Positions 51,620 to 62,495 of a stretch of DNA of 64,000 bases are shown here, piece by piece. How positions within the stretch are numbered: the stretch's first letter is position 1; each line of letters begins with the position of its first letter. This DNA is from an uncultured Verrucomicrobiae bacterium (GTDB lineage: Bacteria; Verrucomicrobiota; Verrucomicrobiia; Limisphaerales; Palsa-1400). The position numbers and the translations under genes were made by a program. The stretch spans positions 544,001 to 608,000 of the forward strand of contig CAVPOM010000005.1 of the NCBI GenBank assembly GCA_963707025.1. Reading direction: 5' to 3'. The notes beneath the pieces were generated by a model, which was given only the letters and a program-made list of their open reading frames with translations, did not search any database and was not told the origin of the DNA.

Positions 51620-51795
51620 CGTGAGCCTCCAAGGTGGCCGCGGTACGAAAGGAGGCGATGGGGTTTGGACCATAACTACCGCGCCGCTCGCGCCTGGATT
51701 TCACTACTACACCATCACGATAGATGGCGCGCAGGCATCGGACCCGGCCAGCGACAGCTCCTTCGGCACCGGAAAGATGAGCAGCGCCATTTGCC
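51620..51795 (+). pseudogene. Fragment of a carbohydrate esterase N-terminal E-set/CBM48-like domain
   Basis: KGGDGVWTITTAPLAPGFHYYTITIDGAQASDPAS..FGTGKMSSAI with no catalytic domain. Confidence 0.65.
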
Positions 51796-51943
51796 ATTCC
51801 ACTGGAATGAATGGTTGCGCCTTCGGACAACCAGAATCGACTTTCAGACGCGAGACTGAATTCAAATCGCCAGCCCATCACGCCCTCCACACAGTTCGAT
51901 TCAGTACCAACAATGCTTTTTGCAGCGCCATCATAACTCGCCT

Positions 51944-54041
51944 ATGAAAACGTCCTGTTCCCTACTGTTTCTCTTTGCTGCGTTCGCCAGCGGGGCTCAA
52001 ACGCCCGGCTCCAGCCAGCCTGTCACTGCCACCATTGATGCCTCGAAGATCGGGCCGCCGATTTCTCCCTATGTTTACGGTCAGTTTCTCGAGCACGGCG
52101 GCAACCTTATTTACAACAGCCTTTGGTGCGAGATGCTCGATGACCGCAAGTTCTATTACGCCGTCGGGCCCGCCCCCGCAGGAGGCCCCAACCTTGGCCG
52201 GGGCGGTTTCGGAGCGAATCGCGGCCGCGGACGCGGCGGTCGTGGCGGGGCCGGCCCGGGACGCTGGAATCCTATAGGCCCCGTGGATTCTGTCGTAATG
52301 GACACCAACAAACCGTTCGTTGGGGACCACACGCCTTTGATCAAACTTGCGGGCACTGAGCCGCGCGGCATACGGCAGACCGGTCTCAACTTCCTTCAAG
52401 CCGCCACCTACAACGGCCGCATCCAGTTGGCCGGCGATCCCGCCGCGAAAGTTTCCATCAACATCGTTTGGGGCACTAACGCTGATTCGGGTGACGCGGG
52501 TCTGACCATATCAACCATGCAGTTGGACAAAAACTACAGGAAATTCACTTTCTCTTTCAAATCTGATAAATCAGGCCCTGCCCGTTTTGAGATCGCCGGC
52601 ACCGGCACCGGTTCATTCCATGTCGGCGCGGTGTCACTTATGCCCGCCGATAATCTCGAAGGATTCAAACCCGATGCCATCGCTGCGCTCAGGAGTCTTC
52701 GCTCTGGTGTTTATCGTTTCCCTGGCGGCAATTTCGTTTCCGCACACGAATGGCACTATGCGATTGGCGACCCAGACAAACGTCCGCCGATCTATGACCC
52801 AGTTTGGCGTGCGCTGCAACCCAACGACATCGGCACTGACGAGTTTATGACGATGTGCAAACTCCTCGGTGTCGAGCCATATATCACCGTCAATGCCGGC
52901 ACCGGCGATGACTGGTCCGCCGCTGAATACGTCGAATACTGCAACAGTGATGTCTCCACACCGATGGGCAAACAGCGCGCGGCCAACGGGCATCCCGAAC
53001 CTTATCACGTAAGGTTCTGGGGCATCGGCAACGAAATGTGGGGGATCACTTACCAGTATGGCGCGATGAGGCTCAACCAGTTTGCGTATAAGCACAACCA
53101 GTTCGCCAAGGCCATGAAGGGAGTGGACCCGACCATAAAACTAATCGCCTGCGGCGCCATGCCGGACACGATGACTGGTTCCAAGGAAGCGTTGAGCCTG
53201 GGCACCAATCTGGTGCCGGCTTACCTCTCATCGGCTGACTGGACCGGCGGCCTGCTTTCCAATTGCTTCGACAACATTGATCTGCTCAGTGATCACTTCT
53301 ACAACTACGGTGCCACGCACTTCAGCCTCGCGGAAGGCCGCCAGGTGCAGAACGATCCCAACGAACCGATCACCGACTGGATGCGCCGGCCAGGCCAACC
53401 ATATCCGCATCAAATACGAGGAATACAAGGAATACGAGAAGTTGATCCCGGCACTCGTCACTCATCCGAAACCGCTCAACATTGACGAGTGGGCTTACAG
53501 CGGCAGCACTCACCCCGTTTATCCCTCCTATGCGTGGGTTTTCCATGAGATGTTCCGGCACACGGATGTTTTCCAAATGGCGGCTTACACTTTTGCCACG
53601 TCGCTTCTTTCCCGCAACGGAACCAACGCCTCGCTCAACGCCAACGGCCTCGTTTTCAAACTCTATCGCGATCACTTTGGCTCCATCCCGGTTGATGTCT
53701 CCGGCAACTCGCCCCAGCCCAAACCGACCGACCCACCCGGTGGCGAGCAGCCCGTCGTCAACGCCGGCAGCGATACCTTCCCGCTCGATGTTGTCGCCGC
53801 GTGGACCGAAGACCGCCGCACGCTCACGGTGGCCGTCCTGAATCCCACCGAGGTCGTTCAACCGCTCAAGCTCAATATCGCCGGCGCTGCGTTGTCGGGC
53901 AAGGGCACGGTGTGTCGGCTTGCCTCCGCTGACAATACCGGCCAAAACCCCGGCATCAGCAATTCCCCCATTGATTCCGTCCCCGATTCCCTCTCCTTTC
54001 CACCCTTCAGCGTCAGCATTTTCGATCTTCCTGTGAGATAG
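51944..54041 (+). CDS. GH51 alpha-L-arabinofuranosidase, frameshift near 53392
   Basis: YGQFLEH, RFPGGNF, GTDEF, WGIGNEMWG and IDEW. Confidence 0.9.
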
Positions 54042-54089
54042 CGAGGCGTTTGTACGATTCAGAACTAGCAACATGACGACAGCACAAAA

Positions 54090-56932
54090 ATGAAAAATCT
54101 AATTGCAAATCCGCCGTTCGATCGCATGGAAACCCCCTTAGTGCGCCGCGAGGCTCAACTCCGTGCCGGGAGACCTCGAAGCACTTTGCCGAGTTTTGGA
54201 AGTCTTCCCCTGTCACTGGCCGTGGGAACACTGGCGTGGCTCGCGTCCTCATGGCTTGGCGCGCCGACGGCCTTTGCGGCTGATGAGATCTGCGCCTCTT
54301 GCGGCCAGCAGGTGAGCATCAGCGGAGACTTCGCGCATCGCAAGGACCGCGGGTCTGTCACAGTCGAGGGCGCGACCGATGCGGCGGCATTTCGCGAAGA
54401 GATCAACGGCAGCAATTTCACCGTCACCATCGAGCATTTGCCCGCGGGCAAGTACACCGATTTCCATCGGCGAAGCGGAAACATCGGCGGGCGCAGCCAG
54501 GCGAAAGGGTGTTCGATGTGACTTCGGGTGACGCTTCGCTGGCCCGGGACTTCGACATCTTTGGCACGGCCGGCGGTGTGCGGAAAGTCTGTTACATCAA
54601 TGGCACGGTCGAGCATGAGGACGACTCGATCAAGGGACCGCTGAAGATTTCATTTGCGGCGAGCCAGGGCGCCGCGAAATTCAACACATTCGAGATAAAG
54701 AATTCCTCGGGCGCCTCTGTCGTTGCGTTCAGCGCTTCGGAAATGGCGGAACCTTTCACCGCCGCCGCCATGCATGTGCCGGAAATAAACGAGCCGGCCA
54801 TCTGGAAAGACCCATCGAAGCCATTGCAAGCGCGTGCGGATGATTTGATCCGCCGGATGTCGCTGGCCGAAAAGGTGGCGCAGTTGCAGAACGGGGCGCC
54901 GGGCATTCCGAGAATTGGGCTTCCGGCTTATAATTACTGGAACGAAGCGTTGCATGGCGTGGCGAACGACGGCATCGCCACCGTGTTCCCGGAGCCGGTC
55001 GGCATGGCCTCCACCTGGAATCCGGAATTGCTGCATCAGGAAGGACACGTCGTAGGCGTTGAAGGCCGTGCGAAATTCAACGATTACATCGCCAAACATA
55101 ATGGCGACTCCAAATGGTGGACGGGGCTGACGTTCTGGACGCCGAACATCAACATTTTCCGCGACCCGCGCTGGGGCCGCGGCCAGGAAACCTACGGAGA
55201 AGATCCGTATCTTACGGGCGCCATCGGTGTGGAGTTCGTCAAAGGAGTCCAAGGGGACGACCCCAATTATATGCTGGCGATGGCTTGCGCCAAACATTAC
55301 GCGGTCCACAGCGGCCCGGAAGCGGAGCGGCATCGTTTCGATGCCCAGCCGTCGGAGCGCGATTTGTACGAGATCTACCTTCCGCAGTTTGAGCGGGTGG
55401 TGCGCGAGGGGCACGTCGGCGGCGTCATGGGAGCCTACAGCGCGCTGAATGGCGTGCCTTGCTGCGCCAGCTCTTTCCTGCTCGACGACCTGTTGCGCAA
55501 GCAATGGGGATTTGACGGTTACGTCGTCTCGGATTGCGACGCGATCCATGACATCTGGGGCGCGCAGCAGCATCATTATGTGAGCACGTCCGAAGAGGCC
55601 GCGGCCGCCGCAGTAAAGGCTGGCTGCAATCTCTGTTGCGGCGGAGATTACAACGCTTTGGTGCGGGCAGCGCAAAAAGGATTGATCACGGAAAAGGAAA
55701 TTGATCGAGCATTGTATTACACCTTGTGGACCCGCTTCCGGCTCGGCTTGTTTGATCCGGCGGAAAGGGTTCCTTATTCGAAAATCACCATTAGCGACAA
55801 CGATAAGCCCGAGCACCGCCAGCTTGCTCTGCAAATCGCGCGGCAATCGTTGGTGTTGCTCAAGAATGACGGCATCCTCCCGCTCAACCGGGCAAAGATC
55901 AAGCATATCGCTGTTATCGGCCCCAATGCCGATTCGGTGGGGGTGCTGCAGGGCAATTACAACGGCTCGGCGTCGCATCCGGTGAAGATTTTGAATGGCA
56001 TCAAGGAACTGGCCGGGACGAACATTGATGTGACCTATGCCCAGGGCAGTCCGCTGACCACTGAAGCCGGTCGTGGGCGGGGTTTTGGCGGCCGGGGGGC
56101 CTCCGCCCCGTCCCGTCCGCTTCCGGAACTTCAGGCGCAAGCCATGAGCAACGCGGCCAATGCCGACATCGTCATCTACGTCGGCGGCATCAGCCCCCAG
56201 CTCGAAGGCGAGCAACACGACCGCACCAGCATTGAGTTGCCCAAGGTGCAAGAGGATCTGGTGCGCGCGCTTTACAAGACCGGCAAGCCGCTCATCATGG
56301 TTAATGGCAGTGGTTCCGCCATTGCCCTGCCGTGGGAAGCCGAGCACCTGCCCGCGATTCTTCAGGCCTGGTATCCGGGCGAGGAAGGCGGACGCGCGGT
56401 TGGCGAGGTTCTATTCGGCGAGGTGAATCCCTCCGGCCACCTCCCGTTGACATTCTACCGGGCCACTGGGGACCTGCCGGGCTTCACGGATTACTCAATG
56501 GCCAATCGCACCTACCGCTACTTCAGCGGCACTCCTTTATTCGCGTTCGGCCACGGCCTGAGCTACACAAAGTTCGATTTCAAGAGCGGCAAGCTGGAGT
56601 CGAAGAAAATCCCGGCCGGCGGCACGGCGAAAGTGACGTTCACGGTGAGGAATTCCGGCAAACGCGATGGCGACGAAGTGGCGCAGGTTTATTTCCGCCA
56701 CGTCAAATCCGCGGTTCCGCAGCCGAAGCTTGCGCTGTGCGGTTTCACCCGCGTGCAACTGAAACACGGCGAATCAACCCGAATGACGGTCGAAGTTCCC
56801 GCCCAACGGCTGCGCTACTGGGACACGCAGAAAAAGCAGTATGTGGTTGAGCCGGGTGACTATGAAATTTTCATCGGCGCGGCATCCGACGACATCCGGC
56901 TGAAATTACCCATGACAATCACCGCCCGGTGA
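54090..56932 (+). CDS. GH3 beta-xylosidase/glucosidase with N-terminal malectin-like domain, two indels at about 54458-54495
   Basis: WNEALHG, PNINIFRDPRWGRGQETYGED, KHYAVH, VSDC, WYPG and fn3-like tail. The N-terminal AGKYT-ISIGEAET-GERVFDV spans three frames. Confidence 0.9.
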
Positions 56933-56969
56933 AACGAGAAAACAACAAGAACAACAACAAAAAACAACT

Positions 56970-57599
56970 ATGCGAAACATTCTTACTCAAACACTGACGG
57001 TCTGTGCAACCGCTTGCGCTTTGACCTTCGTGACCGGCTGCCAGAGCAACGATCATGGCTCCGCGCAGGCTTCGGCGCAACCCGCGCCGGCTGTGGCAAC
57101 GCCTCCGGCAAGGCCCTCCGCTGCGCCCGCTCCAGCGGCAACGCAGTCGGTTGTCCGCATTAAAGCCGGCGTGTCAGAGCCGTTCACCGATTCCAGCGGC
57201 AACGTCTGGCAACCCGAACAGGGGTTTGACGGCGGGAGCGTGATTTCACGCGATGCGGGCACAGCCGTTGCCAACACCAAAGACGCCGCGCTTTATCTGT
57301 CGGAACATTACGGGATGAGCTCCTTTTCCTGCAGTGTTCCCAACGGCAAATACATTGCCAAACTTCACTTCGCCGAAACCTTTGAGGGCGTCACCGGCGC
57401 AGGCGAGCGCGTTTTCTCCTTCAATGTCCAAGGGCACGAGTTCAAGGATTTTGATGTTTTTGTCAAGGCCGGCGGTTCAAACCGTGCCTACATCGAAACC
57501 GTCCCGGTGGAGGTCACCAACGGGAAATTTACAATTGTCTTCACCAGCAACATCGAGAATCCCGAAATCAACGCGATCGAGCTTATTCCGCAGAAGTAA
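56970..57599 (+). CDS. Malectin-domain lipoprotein
   Basis: Lipobox VTGC, Pro/Ala linker, VPNGKYIAKLHFAET..GERVFS and INAIE. Confidence 0.88.
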   Translation: MRNILTQTLTVCATACALTFVTGCQSNDHGSAQASAQPAPAVATPPARPSAAPAPAATQSVVRIKAGVSEPFTDSSGNVWQPEQGFDGGSVISRDAGTAVANTKDAALYLSEHYGMSSFSCSVPNGKYIAKLHFAETFEGVTGAGERVFSFNVQGHEFKDFDVFVKAGGSNRAYIETVPVEVTNGKFTIVFTSNIENPEINAIELIPQK

Positions 57600-57873
57600 T
57601 GGCTGTTTACCTGCCTTGCGCCCATGACAATAAAGGCGATTCCCACTTTGTTATTCGCTGGCGCGGAGCTGACCGGCGAACGGAGATCGCGTGATCTTTT
57701 AACACACCAAGACGTCAGCACGTTGGCGGAGAATGCTATTCGAGGGCGTGTTCCGCGCCGCGTCGGGCCGTACCGTGAGTTGCCTCCAGAATCCGCGCGC
57801 GAATGAAACGACCGAACGGAGCCGTTGCGGCGATCACGAGTCCGATGCAATGACTAAAAACCAGAAACTGAAT

Positions 57874-59841
57874 ATGAGAAAAGTAAATCAAGCTCAATTG
57901 GCCACCTTGGTGCTTGGCTGCTCGCTGGCAACGGCGATGGCGCAAACCAACTCACTGCAACTGCCGATTGCCAAAGGCCCGTTTGTCGGGACGATGGATT
58001 CGCTCACCAATTACGCCTGCCCGGAGTGGTTTCGCGATGCGAAGTTCGGCATTTGGGCGCATTGGGGACCGCAGGCGGTGCCGATGGAGGGCGACTGGTA
58101 TGCCCGCAAGATGTATCAGCAAGGCCAGTCCGACTACAACGATCATCTCCAGCGTTGGGGCCATCCGTCCACCAACGGCTGGAAGGACATCATCCCGCTC
58201 TGGAAAGCGGAGAAGTGGGACCCGGAGAAATTGATCGAACTCTACAAGAAAGCCGGCGCGCACTATTTCGTCAGCATGGGCTCGCACCACGACAACTTCT
58301 TTTTGTGGAACTCGAAACTGCACCGTTGGAATTCGGTGCAAATGGGGCCGCACCGCGACGTCGTCGGCGAATGGCAGAAGGCGGCTAAGAAGAACGGGCT
58401 GCGCTTCGGCGTGTCCGAACATCTGGGGGCGAGCTTCACCTGGTTTCAGGACGCCCACAAGTCCGACAGGACGGGACCGTTGGCCGGCGTGCCTTACGAC
58501 GGCGCCAACTCCAATTACTGGGACCTCTACCATTTTCCCGCAGACCCTGGTGACACCGGCTGGTATTCCAAAAACCCCCGCTGGCAGCAGGAGTGGTTCA
58601 ACGAAATCGAGGAACTGGTGGACAACTACAAGCCCGACCTGCTTTACACCGATGGCGGAGTGGCTTTCGGCAACACAGTCGGTTTGAGCCAGATCGCGAA
58701 TTTTTACAATGTCAACTCTGCCACCCACCGCGGCAAATCCCAGGCCGTCTATACCTGCAAACAACCCTCCAACGGACGCTGGGTGCAAGACTACGAACGC
58801 GGCGTCAACGGCGGCATCAGCCCGTATCCGTGGCAGACGGACACCTCCATCGGCGACTGGTTCTACAACAAGAACTGGAAATACCAGCCATTGAGCTGGA
58901 CTGTCCACATGCTCGTGGACATCGTCAGCAAAAATGGAAATCTCCTGCTCAACGTCGTCCTGCGCCCCGACGGCACGCTGGATCCCGAAGTGGAAACGAT
59001 GCTCCATCAAATGGCCGACTGGACGGCAGTAAACGGCGAGGCAATTTACGGCACGCGTCCCTGGCTGGTGTATGGCGAAGGCTCGGTGCAAGCCCGAGGT
59101 GGCGCATTCCGGGAGAACATGACATACACGGCTAAAGACATCCGCTTCACCACCAAAGACAAAACGCTCTACGCCATTGCGCTCGGTTGGCCGGACGATG
59201 GCAAAATCCTTATCAAATCACTGGCCAGGACTGCTGACCCGGTGCAGAACAAAATCAAGAAAGTTGAATTGCTTGGCTATAAGGGCAAGCTGAATTTCGA
59301 ACAGACGCCAGATGGACTGGCGGTGGAATTGCCGAGCGAGAAATTGAGCGACCTCACCTGCGCGTTGCGCATCACCGGCGGCAACTTGCAGCCGGCGCCA
59401 TTGGCGAACACTTCGACGCTGGTAACGCCGGATTCCATGGGTCGGCTTGTTTTCACCGCTGCCGCCGCCACGCTGCACGGCACAAAGTTGCAACTGGAAG
59501 AGCAGGGCGGCAAACCAAACATCGGCTATTGGGACGATCCTGCCGAATGGGTTTCGTGGAAAGCGCGTTTTCTAAAAACAGGCATTTACAAAGTCAGCGC
59601 GACGATTGCCGCGGCGGACGGCGACGGAGCATGTGTCATAAGTATCAATGATGAAAGCCTTCCCGCCAAAGTGGCAAACACCGGCGGGTGGAGTCGGTTC
59701 TCGGATATCGATCCTGGCACCATCGAAGTCAAGCAGGCTGGCGAACTGACCGTGAGCGTTCGCGCCAAAGATGCGCCAAGCTGGAAGGCTATCAATCTCA
59801 ATTCCCTCCGCTTGGAACCTGTCAACGACGGCCGGCCATAA
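57874..59841 (+). CDS. GH29 alpha-L-fucosidase family with C-terminal CBM-like domain
   Basis: PEWFRDAKFGIWAHWGPQ, HHDNF, LLYTDG and DIVSKNGNLLLN; start at 57850 or 57874. Confidence 0.9.
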   Translation: MRKVNQAQLATLVLGCSLATAMAQTNSLQLPIAKGPFVGTMDSLTNYACPEWFRDAKFGIWAHWGPQAVPMEGDWYARKMYQQGQSDYNDHLQRWGHPSTNGWKDIIPLWKAEKWDPEKLIELYKKAGAHYFVSMGSHHDNFFLWNSKLHRWNSVQMGPHRDVVGEWQKAAKKNGLRFGVSEHLGASFTWFQDAHKSDRTGPLAGVPYDGANSNYWDLYHFPADPGDTGWYSKNPRWQQEWFNEIEELVDNYKPDLLYTDGGVAFGNTVGLSQIANFYNVNSATHRGKSQAVYTCKQPSNGRWVQDYERGVNGGISPYPWQTDTSIGDWFYNKNWKYQPLSWTVHMLVDIVSKNGNLLLNVVLRPDGTLDPEVETMLHQMADWTAVNGEAIYGTRPWLVYGEGSVQARGGAFRENMTYTAKDIRFTTKDKTLYAIALGWPDDGKILIKSLARTADPVQNKIKKVELLGYKGKLNFEQTPDGLAVELPSEKLSDLTCALRITGGNLQPAPLANTSTLVTPDSMGRLVFTAAAATLHGTKLQLEEQGGKPNIGYWDDPAEWVSWKARFLKTGIYKVSATIAAADGDGACVISINDESLPAKVANTGGWSRFSDIDPGTIEVKQAGELTVSVRAKDAPSWKAINLNSLRLEPVNDGRP

Positions 59842-59952
59842 CCAATGATCAACGCCATGAGACCTGTCCTTGAGCTAGGACGTCGGCGGCCACCGAGTTG
59901 GCGGCTGGAATCCACGAGAAGGTGAGGAGCCAGAAGCAAGAGCCAATTCGTT

Positions 59953-62334
59953 ATGAGAAAACGTCTGTCCTTTACCTTGATCGTTGGAGTTTTGGCCATG
60001 ACCTTTGCACCCGCGCGGGCTGCGATTACGGCATCGAAGAAGTTGCCCGATGGCGCGCAATTCACCGTTGATGGCGGCACGCTGAGTGTTCAGTTCTGGT
60101 CGCCGGACATTGTCCGGGTCACCGCCGCCGCCGCGGAACTTCCGGCGCTCAAGAGTCTCTCCGTTGTCGCAAGCCCGGCCGCGGTTCATTTGAAACGCGA
60201 CGAAAACGGCCAGGCGTTCACCCTGTCATCACCAAGCGTTAAAGTGAGAATTGAAAAGCAGACTGGCGCAGTGAGTTTTCTCGACGCTACCGGTCACGTT
60301 CTGCTTCGAGAAGCGGCGGATGGTCGCAAGTTCCAGCCTGCCACGATAGCGGGCGCTTCCGTCACTTCGTGCGCGCAGTCTTTCGAGACGGCGCCGGATG
60401 AAGGCATTTACGGCCTTGGCCAGCATCAGCGCGGCGCGTGGAACTATAACAGTGGTGGCAGCGTCAGGCTCGCGCAGGCAAATATGGACGTGGGCGTTCC
60501 GGTGATCACATCGAGCAAGGGCTACATGCTCCTTTGGGACAATCCCGCCGTGACGACCATTACATCGAGCACGGCTGATCCCAACCCCAGCCCGAAAGTG
60601 CTGCGCTGGTCATCGGAATTTGGCAAAGCCATTGACTACTACTTCTGCTATGGCGACGGGACCATTGCGACGGCCATGAAAGCCTACCGCCATCTGACCG
60701 GCGATGCTCCGCTGATGCCCAAGTGGGAGTTGGGCTTCTGGCAGTGCAAGGAGCGTTACGCGTCCCAGGACGAATTGCTCGGTGTGGCAAGAAAGTTGCG
60801 TGAACTCAAAGTCCCCGTGGATGGGATTATTCAGGACTGGCAGTACTGGCCGCCCGGCACCAACACCTGGGGCTCGCACCAGTTCGACCCGGCGCGCTAC
60901 CCGGACCCGGCGGGTATGTTCAAGGAACTGCACGGCATGAACTACCACACGCTCATTTCCGTCTGGGCGAAATTCGACCTTGGCAGTGACAACAGCAAGG
61001 AACTCAATGCCGTCGGGGGCATGTTCCCGCAGATCACGCGCTATGTCTTTCCACCCGGCCAGGGGCAATGGTACGATCCTTTCAGCGCCAAGGGCCGGGA
61101 GACGTATTGGCGGCAGATGCGCGATCAACTCTTCGCCAAGGGCGTTGACGGCTGGTGGCTGGACGCGCCCGAGCCGGAAATCAACGGCATGGGTTTCCGC
61201 TCCTACACTACCCCCATGGGGCCGGGCTACGAGGTTTATAACGCCTATCCACTGATGCACTCGACTGGCATCTATCAGGGGCAGCGAGCCACAACCGATG
61301 CAAAACGCGTCGTCATTCTCACGCGATCGGCCTACGCCGGCCAGCAGCGCAACAGCGCGATCACCTGGTCGGGCGACATCCAAGGGACCTGGCAGGTTCT
61401 CCGCAATCAAATCCCCGCCGGGCTGAACTTCTCCCTTTCCGGCATCCCTTATTGGAACACCGATACCGGCGGCTTCTTCAACAACCGCGAAACCGGCAAC
61501 GGCAATCCCAACAACCCGCAATTTCAGGAGTTCTTCGCCCGCTGGTTCCAGTTCAGTTCCTTCTGCCCCATGTTTCGCGTTCACAGTTCCTCCGGCCTCA
61601 ACCCGGGCCGGGAATTCTATCGGTTCGACGAGAAGACTCAAGGGATCCTGCGGACGTATCTGGACTTGCGCTACCGTCTCCTGCCTTACCTCTACTCGGT
61701 GACTTGGCAAGTGACGACCAACGGCAGCACCTTCATGCGGCCGTTGGTTATGGATTTTCCTAAGGACCCGCAAGTGTTGGGCATCGGCGACCAGTATTTT
61801 TTTGGCCCGTCCATCATGGTGACTCCCGTCACCACTGCCGGGGCGACGACGCGGTCCGTTTATCTGCCAGCCAGCGGCGCCCCGTGGTACAACTTTTGGA
61901 CCGGCGAATCTTCCCCCGCCGGCCAGCGCGTCGAGGCCGCGGCCCCCGTCCAAACCCTGCCGCTGTTCGTCCGACCAGGTTCGATCATTCCCATGGGGCC
62001 GTTCCTTCAGTATTCCAGCGAGAAACCCGCCGATCCCCTTGAACTTCGCGTTTACCCCGGCGCCAATGGCTCTTTCACCCTCTACGAGGATGAAGGCGAC
62101 AGCTACAACTATGAAAAAGGAAAAAACGCCACGATTCCCATTTTCTGGAACGATGCCAAGCACACCTTGGAAATTGGGAAGCGCAAGGGCGAATTCCCCG
62201 GCATGTTGAAAGAACGCACGTTCAACATCGTTTGGATTTCAGAAAACCGCGGGGCGGGAATTCCTTCCACTGAAAAGCCAGATGCCGTGATCCATTACAA
62301 AGGCGATGCCGTAAGAATTTCCGGACCGCAATGA
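59953..62334 (+). CDS. GH31 alpha-xylosidase
   Basis: GFWQCKERY, IIQDWQYW, WWLDAPEPE, WSGD, WNTDTGGF and LYEDEGD. Confidence 0.92.
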   Translation: MRKRLSFTLIVGVLAMTFAPARAAITASKKLPDGAQFTVDGGTLSVQFWSPDIVRVTAAAAELPALKSLSVVASPAAVHLKRDENGQAFTLSSPSVKVRIEKQTGAVSFLDATGHVLLREAADGRKFQPATIAGASVTSCAQSFETAPDEGIYGLGQHQRGAWNYNSGGSVRLAQANMDVGVPVITSSKGYMLLWDNPAVTTITSSTADPNPSPKVLRWSSEFGKAIDYYFCYGDGTIATAMKAYRHLTGDAPLMPKWELGFWQCKERYASQDELLGVARKLRELKVPVDGIIQDWQYWPPGTNTWGSHQFDPARYPDPAGMFKELHGMNYHTLISVWAKFDLGSDNSKELNAVGGMFPQITRYVFPPGQGQWYDPFSAKGRETYWRQMRDQLFAKGVDGWWLDAPEPEINGMGFRSYTTPMGPGYEVYNAYPLMHSTGIYQGQRATTDAKRVVILTRSAYAGQQRNSAITWSGDIQGTWQVLRNQIPAGLNFSLSGIPYWNTDTGGFFNNRETGNGNPNNPQFQEFFARWFQFSSFCPMFRVHSSSGLNPGREFYRFDEKTQGILRTYLDLRYRLLPYLYSVTWQVTTNGSTFMRPLVMDFPKDPQVLGIGDQYFFGPSIMVTPVTTAGATTRSVYLPASGAPWYNFWTGESSPAGQRVEAAAPVQTLPLFVRPGSIIPMGPFLQYSSEKPADPLELRVYPGANGSFTLYEDEGDSYNYEKGKNATIPIFWNDAKHTLEIGKRKGEFPGMLKERTFNIVWISENRGAGIPSTEKPDAVIHYKGDAVRISGPQ

Positions 62335-62495
62335 CTCTAGCATGGCCAGTGCAACCGATGGCGGCGAGATCGAGCTTCGGCACGACAGTCTGTCTGGGGA
62401 AATTGGGCGGAACTCTCGAAGCAAAGCCTTTCGGTGACCTGGTCAAACGGGAGAAGCAATCGTGCGCCGCGGCCGTAGTCCAAGCAAAAATGAAC

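Noticed and set aside
17363..56932. Programmed frameshifting, phase variation or mass pseudogenisation of CAZymes
   Set aside because: The breaks are isolated small indels, often in short homopolymers, with otherwise intact genes; sequencing error is more likely, though reads are needed to confirm.
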